Positions 27,701-39,700 of a DNA stretch of 64,000 bases are shown piece by piece (position 1 is the stretch's first letter; each line of letters opens with the position of its first letter). The notes under the pieces were generated by a model. The model saw only the letters and a program-made list of their open reading frames with translations. It did not search any database and was not told where the DNA came from. This DNA is from Adineta vaga (taxonomy: Eukaryota; Animalia; Rotifera). The DNA lies in contig CP075497.1 of NCBI GenBank assembly GCA_021613535.1, forward strand, positions 13,640,001 to 13,704,000. Direction: 5' to 3'. The translations under genes and the position numbers were made by a program.

Positions 27701-30700
27701 CAACGATATCAAATTCAATAAAGCGATTGTTCTGTCAATCTTTTTCTCAAAAACAAACGTCTTTCTACTCTAAAGACAGGATGATATTTTTCCTTTTCAT
27801 TCAGACGTTAGAATCTTTCTAATATGAACATGTTTTACAATATTTTTATTTCTTTTTTATCTCCTTTCCCTACCATACTAAGTTGGTTGCAAAAACACAA
27901 TTCATTACTAATAGTACTGTCGAGATAAAAGTATTACTTTTTGGATCATATTATCATTTGCTCTTTCAATTCATTCTTTTATGTATTCTCGTCTTATCAT
28001 GACTGTTTTTTATGTTCATACCAACTCCTCTCTTATACAAGCTATATAATTTATACACCGAGTGCATTGTGAATGTGAATTAGTGAACACATAATGCTAT
28101 CAAGAACGTTAATAAAACTGCTAGTTCAGTTCGTCGTTCCAAATACAACAATCATAATTCTATAATGACTATTTAGGACGGTTTTCTTAAGATTCTTTGA
28201 AGGCAAGAAAGTTTCGTGGAAGAGAAAAACATTCCAGAAAACACACTTTAATCTATTTTTGTTCATTATTAAAACAATGAACTCATAACTTTATCCTTTA
28301 AAATTAAATCTTCCTAGGTGAGCAAGTTCTTGGAAAAACAATTCAACCATTCTGTAATTATTTACCATCGGCATGTCAAATCATAAACATGTTCGCACCA
28401 GCTGAATGCACAATATCTGCCCTGTATCATATTATTATTGTGGAAAATCAAAATATTCACACTTTACCATCCATCATTCCACTTGGTAGACCATTACCAG
28501 GTCGCTACGCGTTCGTATTTGATGATTTTCAACAACAAATTGTACCTGATGGAAAAGCTATAGGTGAGCTGTATCTCGGTGGTATAGGAATTTTTAAGGG
28601 CTACTTCAATAGACGCGATGAAACGAAACAAGTTCTTCTCAAACTACCTGTTTGCGAAGATTCCGTTTATGAAACGGGCGATTTGGCTAAAATCTCTGAA
28701 GATGGTGACATTATCTTTGTGGGACGAAAAGATTTCCAAGTGAAATTGCGAGGTCAACGCATCGAGCTAGGTGAGATAGAAAATGTTTTACTACATGCAA
28801 CATTACATATCATCAACACTGTTGTCTTAAAAATCACATATAATTTCGAGGATCATCTTGTCGCTTATATACAGTCACAACAGTGCATAACAAAACATTA
28901 TTTGCGACAATACTGTTTTTCCCATTTACCTAACTATGCTGTGCCATCGTTCTTCATAATACTTAATAAATTACCTTTAAACACGAATGGAAAATTGAAT
29001 CGAAAAGCTCTTCCATTACCCGATTTCACTCTTCTATCAACAATTACACATGATAACGATCAACCAAAAACAAATATCGAACAATGTATACATTCCATTT
29101 GGTGTCACGTTCTTCCACATCTTACATCGATTTCAGTTTCACAAAATTTCTTTTCTTTGGGTGGTAATTCATTATCTTTGATGAAACTTCATCATTTATA
29201 TCAAATAGAATTTAAACATAATCTCAATATGAGTGAACTTTTTCGTTATCCTACTATTCGTGATCATGCTCGATTATTTCTCGAACAAAAACATTCATCT
29301 TTAACAGATAACATACAATGGCAATCGCTTCATCTCAATGAAGGTAATTCAAAAATATGAAAAAGAAAAACTAATCTTCTTTCTGTTGATATTCTCATAG
29401 GTCCTGCATCATTTGCTCAAACACGTATCTATCTAGACGAACAAATTCATTTTGCATCTTCATCAACAGCTATCTATCATATGCCCTTTGCTCTTGAAAT
29501 AGATCAACATTGTTCTCTTTCCTTCGAAAGACTACAAAGAGCAGTAAGAGCTTTAGTTGAGAAACATCAAGTGTTGCGAACAAAACTTACATTCAATGAA
29601 AATGATGATGTATTACGACAATGTGTACTTCATTCATTTGATATACCGTTTGTTGAATCGACAATATCTTTCGATGATAAAGAGGCACTTAATCAAATCC
29701 TTTTCAGTGAGGAAACGCATCCATCATTATTTGATTATAATCAAGGTCATGTGTTCCGATGTCACATTGTTCGTAGAGATTTAGATAATAAAAATCACGA
29801 TCTATTAACATCTGGTGACATAATTATCTTCAATTTTCATCATATAGCTTTCGATGCCTACTCCATTCCAATATTCTTTCAAGATCTGCAACATGCTTAT
29901 TCAACTAATTGTACTCTCGAATCATCATCATCATCTTCTTCTTCTTCTTCTTCTTTCAATTATATTGATTATGCTATACATGAACGTGAAATTGATTTTA
30001 GTGAAATGAAAGAGTTTTGGCATGAACATTTGCTTGGTTATTCAGATCATATTCTTCCATTACCATATGATCGATATCCATTGAATAAAACACGATCTGG
30101 TCGTGGCATAACAATCAATTTTGAGTTATCAGCAAAATTAGTTGATCAAATGTACAAATTTGCTGTTGAACATGAATTAACTCTCTTTCAACTTGGATTA
30201 GCTTCTTTCTATACTTATCTATTTAAACTTACTCAACAAACAGATTTGTATGTGAATTGTGTGTTTGCAAACAGAAATCGTCATGAAATTCAGGATATTA
30301 TTGGATTCTTCGTCAATACACTCCCACATCATATGAATGTGGATCCCTTTCAATCATTTGAAGCATTTGTAATGTGTGTGAAGCAGCTTTCATTGATGAT
30401 CATGTCTAATAGCCGACTGCCTTATCAGGATATTATTGGTGGTCAAAGCACTCAAATAATGTTTCTATCTGATAGTGATAGTGACAATGACAGGAGTCAC
30501 TTTAGGCTTGATAATAATAATACTCTTCATGTACTTTCGAGAGAAGAAAGTGATGTAGCAAAATTTGACCTGACATGTGCATGGTATGAAAATGTCAACG
30601 ATCGAACCGTTAATATTTCACTGAATGGCTCATCTGATCTGTTTGATAGATTGTCACTTTCAATGATGTATGATCGATTCGAACAAATGCTTGAGCAATT

Positions 30701-33700
30701 ATTTAAGTTGTCTTCTTTGTGTGAGGCTTCATTGATATTATCCAATGAGAGGAAATTATTGACTGAAATAAGTTATGGTCCTGAACTAAGGTGTGGCAAT
30801 GAATGGCAACCTATTCATCATACATTTGTGTTACGAGCTGACGAATATCCGCAGAAAATAGCGGTAATTCTTGATGAACAGTGTCTTACCTATGGTGAAC
30901 TTCTCAATCAAAGTCAACAGTTTGCTGTGTATTTGATAGATATGTGCGATGTAAAAGAGCAAGATATAGTGGTGCAATGTGTTGAGCGTAGTATCGAGAT
31001 GGTGATTGGAATTATGGCTATAATGATAGCTGGTGCTGTGTACTGTCCGATAGCGGCTGATCAGCCTTTTCGAAGAATAGTCGCACTTATCGAACAGATT
31101 CCTCCTGCATGTATTATTGTTGATCGACTACATCAATATAATTTAGGAAGAGGAATATGCGTACATGATGCTATCGTAGAACCCAATCATACTGTTAGTA
31201 ATTCAAGTCGGTTGAGCTCTATTAAACCTGGTAGTATAGCGTATATTATTTTCACAAGTGGTTCAACAGGTGTGCCGAAAGTGGTCTCTATTAGTCATCA
31301 AAATTTTTGTTTTGCTCTGGAATCGATGAAACAGGTAGTTATTTATTCTGGGAATGATACTGTGTTGCAAATGAGTTCATGTGCATTCGACATTCATGCT
31401 CAGGAGTTGATTGGTAGCTTGGTAGTAGGTGCCACACTTGTTATGCTCCACCCACACGGTAACTTAGACATGAAGTATGTTGTGAGAACAATAATGGATT
31501 TCCAAATTAGTTTTGCTCAATGGGTGCCAACAACGACAGCAGTTCTTTGCGAATATTTGAACAATGAATATGTACCTTTTGTCAAGTGTCTTTCTACTCT
31601 TCGCTGCATCTGTACAGGAGGTAAGGCGCTTTTTTCTCTGTTAGAAATATTCATTTAATTTTATCTAGGTGAACAAGTACGTAGTAAAACTCTCACATCC
31701 TTACTTCCTTATTTGCCGTCTAAGTGTAAGATTTTAAGCATGTACGGCCCTGCAGAATGTGCAATCGCTGCTTTGTTCTACCCGTTGGAAGATATTGCAT
31801 CAGTAGGTGTAGTCTTACCACTTGGCCGATGTCTTCCTGGGCGGCACGTAGCAATACTGGATGATTACAGTCAAGACGTCATTCCAGATGGGCGGGCTAT
31901 TGGTGAAATATATCTTGGTGGTATTGGGGTTTTCTCAGGTTATCGAAACCGTGTGGAAGAAAATATACATGTACTAGTGCAGTTACAAGGTCGTCAAGGC
32001 ATCTTCTATAGAACTGGTGATCTAGCAATAATTAATACGCAATGTGAAATTCTTTTTGTCGGTAGAAAAGATTATCAAATAAAACTACGAGGACAGCGTA
32101 TTGATTTAAATGAAGTTGAATTTGTTATAATGAAACACGCGTCAAATTGTATTGTAGTGAAAGCAACACATGCTAATGCAGAGCATTTAGTGGCTTATGT
32201 GGAGACAACACAATATGATTATAATTGGCACAATTATTGTTCAACACATCTTCCGTTATATATGGTACCTACTTTATTTATAGTTCTGGACAAATTACCA
32301 ACTAATCAAAATGGAAAAATTGATCGAAATCAATTACCTACTCCGAATTTTAGTTTATTTTCATCGTCGATGAATGAGGAGAGAGAGTTATGTACAGAAA
32401 TGGAACATCGTGTCTGTTCGATTTGGTGTAGTTTATTATCACACGTTGAGTCTATCTCCAAAAATGAATCTTTCTTTTCGGTCGGAGGCAATTCATTGCT
32501 ATTGATCAAATTGTATCATATGTATCAGACAACATTTTCTTTCTGTACCAATACATTGACTATTAGTGAATTCTTTCTCCGTTCGACAGTCGCTGAGCAT
32601 GCTAGTCTTCTAACAGAACATGCCACTGTTCAGAATGAAGTATTAAATAATAGTTGGAAATCAATCAACATTATTGAAGGTTAGTAGAATTCTAGAGTGA
32701 ATCCATGAGGACCTATCCACTTACGTGTCAATCTAAAGCGATTGCAGTTGAAGCAGTTAACGCGGTACACTGATATAGAGGAATACCGCTATATCCCAGC
32801 ATTAAGAATACTTGTGTACTTAGCATAGCTAGTTAGTTTGAATTGATGACGACTAGAAACCGAGGTCTTTCTCGTTTGTTGTTCAACGTTTTTCGCTTCT
32901 AGCTTTCATATACTTGTCCTTACAATCTGGTACTCCATTTTATTCAAGAAAGTTGACATTAACACTAGGAATATATTTTGTTGAATCTTCTTGCTGTTTC
33001 AAATTATTGTTCTTTTGAGAGCTCATAGAAAAATACGTGTGAGAGCTGCATATTCACGCATTGATCTCACTTACATCCTCAGGAAACATGATTCTAGACT
33101 TGTTTTATATTTTGTAACGCAAGAAACTGCTCCAAAACTCGGGCATTTCAATACGAAGTATTTGATATTTTTCATCAAACGTATTCTCCAGACGATATAG
33201 GCATTCTGAAGTGAAAAACAATCGAGAAAAACCTTTTGAAAAAATGGATAAGTCCTTATGGATTCACCCTCTATACAATGAACTAAAATATTGAAGAATA
33301 TCTTCATTAAGGAATCGCTTCATTTGCACAAACACGTATCTATCTCGACGAGCATGTTAGATTCGCTGAGCAGAAAACAATCAGCAAGACAGCTGTCTAT
33401 CATATGCCCTTCGCATTTGATATTAACGAAGGATCCAGTGTGTCATTGAGTCGACTTCGTCGTTCGCTTGGCTCTGTCCTGAACAAACATGCTTCACTTC
33501 GAACTCGAGTCACATTAGACGAGAACGAAACAGGCATCGTGCGTCAAAAAGTATTGGATTTGTTCGAACTGCCAATTTTAGTATCTTTACAAATTAACAA
33601 TGAGCAGTATCTTGAAGAAATTCTGCACGATGAGATGACCAACTCAGATATCTTCAATATCGAGCAAGGACATGTATTTCGTTGCCACATTGTACGACGA

Positions 33701-36700
33701 AACTCGATAAAAAGTTATGAAGATGATCTCCTGCCAGGTGACATTGTAATTTTCAATTTCCATCATATTTCGTTCGATGGAGTGTCACTCTATGTTTTTC
33801 TTCAAGACCTACAACGGGCCTATACAACGGACTCAGAATTGGAGTTCACATCTCTTCAGTATATCGATTATTCAGTATATGAGCATCAATTAAATATGGA
33901 GGAATCAAACATTTTTTGGCACAATCATTTAAACGATTTTACCAACAGCAATGTATTTATTCTTCCTTGTGATCGATATCCTCGAGATTTGAACATGCGT
34001 TCAGGTCGTGGTACAACCGTACACTTCGAGCTGAGCAAGTCATTATCCGACAAGATATTTAGCACTGCGGAGCAATACAAACTTACATTATTTCAAATAG
34101 GACTTGCCAGTTTCTATGTTTTCCTTTTTAAACTGACTGAACAGACAGATCTATGCACATTATCTGTTAATGCGAATCGCTATCGACCCGAACTCGAAGA
34201 TATGATCGGATTTTTCGTTAATACTCTTCCTTATCGTATTAAAATTGATCCAATGTTATGTTTCTTCAGATTCATGCAAGAAGTTCAAGCTCAATGTCTT
34301 GCCATTTTACCTCATTGTCATGTACCATATCAAGATATTATTGCCAATAATTTCCTCAGTCAAACATTATTTGCAGTTGAACAAATCGATGGACCAAAAA
34401 GCGTAGATTTTTATGAATTGAGCGATAATGCAACTCTTCGCTCGCTAGTATTGAAAAATCAGGATACCAGCGCTAAATTTGATTTATCTTGCGACTTCAG
34501 TTACTCTATTCAAGGTCCTTCAATCATCGTCTCACTCAATGCTTCACTCGATCTCTTCGATCAAACAACGATCGAAAAGATGGCTAGACGTTTTGAATTT
34601 CTTTTTGATAATATATTTCCTTCCAAACATTTGTATGAAACATCATTACTTTTTGATGATGATCAGAAATTTTTACACCATTTCAACAATCTTTATGCCA
34701 ACAATGACAATATAGATTGTATTCATCATGAGATTATTCGTCAGGCTGACAAATCTCCTCAAATGATCGCTATAATTCTTGAAAATCAAACATTATCATA
34801 TGGTGAACTACTCTATTTTGCACAACAGTTAGGTTCTCATCTTGTTATTAATAACGGCGTAGGACTAGGGCATGTAGTGTGTCAACTATTAGAACGGAGT
34901 ATTGAAACAGTTATTGGTATTCTTGCAATATGGATGATTGGCGGAGTTTATGCTCCATTAAATTCTCGTGACCCAGAAGCAAGACTTAAAACTTGTCTTG
35001 CGATGACCCACACTCGATGTATCCTTGCTCATTTTGCTACGCGTAATATTATTTCTGATCCTTGTTATCTTGTTGTTGAAATTGACCAGATCCTCTATCA
35101 CTCTCACTCTACCAATAATGAATTATGCAGTATTAATGTTATACCCGAACATTTGTCTCATATAGTTTTTACTAGTGGATCAACAGGAACACCAAAAGCA
35201 GTGAGTTAATTAAAGCTAATTCATTTGTCTTGTACATAAAAACCTCTTTAATAGGTGCAACTTCGTCATCGAAACTTTGTCTCTTATATTCATTCATATA
35301 TCATTCAACCAAATGAAATTACTCTGCATCATACAGCGGTTACATTCGATGCTCACTTGGAAGAAATTGTTGGCCCACTCATTAAGGGCGGTCAAGTGAT
35401 TATACTTCCGCCAGATGCTCATCTTGATATGAATATTTTATCAACAACAATTATGCGGCATCAAGTCACTTATTTAGGAGGAGTACCTACTCAATTGACT
35501 TTATTGGAAAAATTTATAAAAACATGCAATAGCGACTGCTTGATGACACTTCGTACTATTTCATCTGGAGGTATATTTATTTTATCAAAAATATTCACCT
35601 AGTGAAATCTTTCTGTGGCTTTGTTTTAAAACATAGGTGAGTCGCTATTGACTAGCACAGTACAAAATCTTCTACCATATTTGAACACAACCTGTCAATT
35701 CTACAACTGTTATGGTCCTGCTGAGTGCACGGAAGGTGCAATCCAATATTTAGTCAGAAAAGATGAACTTATTTTTAACACTGTTGTACCCATTGGTCAA
35801 CCCATGTTGCATGTTCAAGTTCATCTGCTCGATGATTATCTTCAACCAACCATACCAAGCATACAAATCGGAGAAATTTTCATCGGAGGTAAATTGAATT
35901 TGTGACAATTGATAAAATCTAAACGTGAACAAAATACACCGAATAGCACGCTAAAATATCGAAAGATTTCTGTTATAGATTATCGTTCTTCATTTTCGTA
36001 TATATGCACAGTTGTTTGCAAAAAACTTAGAAAAATGTTTTTTTCAGCTATTACCCAGGCAGACAATAAACGGTCAGAACTACGTTTAAACAGTTTACAA
36101 TACCGTTTTCGCTGTTTTCACAGTTATAAACGGTTTTACCTTTGCGCTTATCACTCTTGAACCGTTTTAACACTTTATCGTACAGGTAGTTCGAAAATTA
36201 ACGGTGAGAAACGCTCTATTTTCGTTATTTCTTGATAAAAAACGTTTTAGTAAGTCTGCTAATACAAATGTATATTTTATAAACATATATACATCATGTA
36301 ACTGATATGTTCTTACTAAAGTTTATCTATAATTTCCAGAAGTTATAGATACTATTAGGTAGTAACTTCCGAATAGTAAGTGCAACCATTATGTAACTTG
36401 TATGGTTTAAAAGCATAATAATAAAGTATTTTCATATGATAAAGACTAGATTATGCCTCCTGTCAAGTTATGAAACGCTGCTATCAGCTGTTCGGAATCA
36501 ACAGAAAAAAATATTCAACAACTTGTATTAATATGAACATGGTTGATAAAAAAAAAGATAGAAAACGCAAACATGTCTCAGAGCGTAAGAAGTGTATTCA
36601 AATGAAGATATTTTCTAACAGCCGTATATCTGTAGATAGGCAGATGTAAAATAAGATAGCAATTTCATTAGAATATTTTTGTAATGATTATGTAATGATT

Positions 36701-39700
36701 TTCGAAGAACAATCCATTGTGTGTTTATGAGAATATATAAGCTTGTGAGAAATAGATGAAGAAATTTGTTGTATATCTTTTTCTGAGAATGAATATTTAG
36801 TAGAGTAAAATAAACGAACTATTTTCAATACTGAACTTAACGTTGAATAAAAAGAAACAGAATAGTTAATAGATCAAATCATGTACTTTCTGAAAAATTT
36901 GGATAACGATAAAAATAGTATTCAGTTGGTGTCGATACTTCACGAACACCAAAAGACAAGTTTTTCTTTAATTTGTTGTGGCTTGATCATGATAAATTGA
37001 TGTGATTGACAAAAGTGACCTTCCAGCACATTAGTACACTGATACAATACATTGTCAATATTGATGATATCTGCAATAGATGTTACTTTAATTTGTTCGA
37101 TGAGTAGCAAAACATTATCTTGTTCTACATTGAGTAATTTTATTGCACATCTAAAAAAACCCACCCGCAGATTCTTCGTATTGTAGGAATCATGGTACAG
37201 AATACATCCATCGTGTGTTCGACTTTTGTTAGGAAGTTTTTTATAAGAATATCGTAAACCATTGTAGAAAACTGTACGATATAATTCATATTCTTGATTC
37301 CGTAAATATTTTTCGACAAACAGTGATGATGGGATACGTTGATGGAAACGAATGTTAGAAGAAGAACTTTTAATAAAACGTGGACGAGCTTGCTTCGATG
37401 AAGAGTTGATCTGGTTTATAAATAATTTAAATGAATATAAAAAATTGTCGTGATCAAGAAAAATCCAACTGCGATGTAGTAATTCCAGATTATAGCAAAT
37501 TTCAGTTGATGGTTGACTTGGATCACGAAGTGTTCGAACAAGTGTACCTTCAAATTATGATAGTGAAAATAAATTTGACTTCTCTTTTTACTAGATAATG
37601 ACCAGTATCTCAGTATTGTGCGCAAAGTTTTGTATCAATCTTTCTTACAAATGTATAAGGCATATAAACATACCAATGAGTGATTCAAAATTGAAGGTCG
37701 AATAGTTCATTAGAGGACCATATTCACGTACAGATGACGCAACATGAACAACTGAGTGTACAACAGATACGATGTGTCGTTTTTAAAAGAGTTTTATTTT
37801 CATGTTAAGGTAGTATGTCATTATATTCATTAAGATCTTACTCTATAGAGTGGTCGGAATCGTTGTATAAAATATTTGAGTAGTACATCAATTGTCGTCA
37901 TCATTTTATCATCAATACATTTTGCCTCTGCTAAATGAAGAGCAAAAGCTAATGCTCGTAAATCCTTGTATTGATTACAATTCAATGCAGTTCGAAAGCA
38001 ACTTTGCAAATATATTTAAAAATAATTTTGTTAACACAAAGTCCAAGAAACACATACTTGTAGCCCATTAAAAGGCACAACCGTAATTCATTTGCTTTAA
38101 ATTGACAAAAGTGACGTAGACGTTGAGGTACTCGATAAGTTGATGTTGGAAAATGAATAGAATCAAATGCTACTTCTACTTGTTCTCTACGATCGAAAAT
38201 ACTCATACTGTTTGTAGTATTTCTTCTGAACGATGGTGGCTCCAACCATATTTTAAGTAGTTTTAGCTATAATAGACAAATAGCACCAACATAAAATCAA
38301 TTTGTATTAAGAAGAAATACGTATCTAAAACTTTAATTAGATTGAAGTTTTTAAACAACAGAAAAAATATATTTTATTGAAATAAGGCAAACGTTTTGAT
38401 ACAATATAAAATAGTATTTGAAACGAAACTTATGAACTTGCTCTACATATTTTTCTGAAAATGTAAGAACAAGACTATCAATAAGTTCTTTTGATAAAGT
38501 CTTAAAGCTTTTGTACACAAAAATAGTTAATACCGAAGAAACTTACGAATAATCCGGCATATAGATTATGAAGTGAATCCGTCAAAAACGAATGTCCCAT
38601 ATCGAAAAATCTAAGTCTTCTTAACAAACATGGGCCAACATATCCTTTTGCTCCATCAGTATGCACACTTGTAAGAGAATTCCGTCCTGCACGTTGCTTT
38701 TTATTCTATCATATAATAAAACCCAAAATAGCGAATTAAAAGACAAATTCAATTACATACCTTCGTCAGGTTTTCATTGCTTGATCATAACTTGTGTTTG
38801 AACGAGGTTCGAGTAGATTTGTTAGGTTGGGTGGAAAGCAACGTATAAAGCCTTTTCCTGCAGGTACACTTTCACCTTGAATTGTGAAACAGTTATATCT
38901 GTTGAACACAAAACTTTTAAGCAATTTTTATCTTACCAACTATATGACAATTGGTACATCCATAGAAGCCTACACTGTCAATCGTATTTTGAATCATTGA
39001 TTGTGTCGGTTTATCTGCAACAACACCAAGTAAATATACAGCAATACGAGTAGTAACTGAATGTTGGAATGAAGCGGAACTATCTGTTGATGATAAACGA
39101 ACCAACTCATCCACTATGCCATTTAGTAGTGGAGAAAATTCTGCTCGTTTTGGCTTTTGTGATCCATAAGAAATCATTCCGATAATCATATTTGGTAGTT
39201 GAAATCGAAGAGAACGAGGAATTTCATTTATTACCATTGTAGTAATCCATAATGACCGTGAAATTTGTTTAACTAAAACTCCATCTGAATTAAGTGTCAT
39301 TGTAATAAATCGTGTTTCTTCTGATTCTCTAGCCCGTGAATGCGCCGATCCGTCAATAATATCAGTCATTTGATCGAGATTTGTATTAGTAGAGATGAAT
39401 GGAACACGCTGCAAAATAGATTTAATTTGTTTAGAAAGGTTAAATGTGTAATTTACAGTTGGTGCTCTAATATAACATGTATGACTATGACAATCAACGT
39501 GCGGACATTTCCCCATGTTTGTGCTAATTCGACAGCAGGTTGGACAAACAATAGCTAATTTAGGTGCGAATATTGAGTTTCCACGTGGATTAATTATTTC
39601 TTATATTGAACGATAATCTGCAGGAACATTTTGTATACCAAGTAAACGTAATAAATAACAAATATCTGTAATGCAAGATTTGGATAAAGAATGTCGGTGT

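Larger units (their letters stand above)
3404..29482 (+). repeat. Five near-identical 484-bp T-domain/intron/C-start cassettes (3404, 12184, 16780, 20135, 28999)
   Basis: Essentially identical from atcgaaaagctcttcca to tatcatat, including the 57-nt intron (one substitution in copy 5). Four copies extend a further ~630 bp into the C domain. Confidence 0.95.

Noticed and set aside
12742-30745. Repeated alternate-frame and antisense ORFs within the NRPS
   Set aside because: They recur only because the underlying NRPS cassettes are duplicated.
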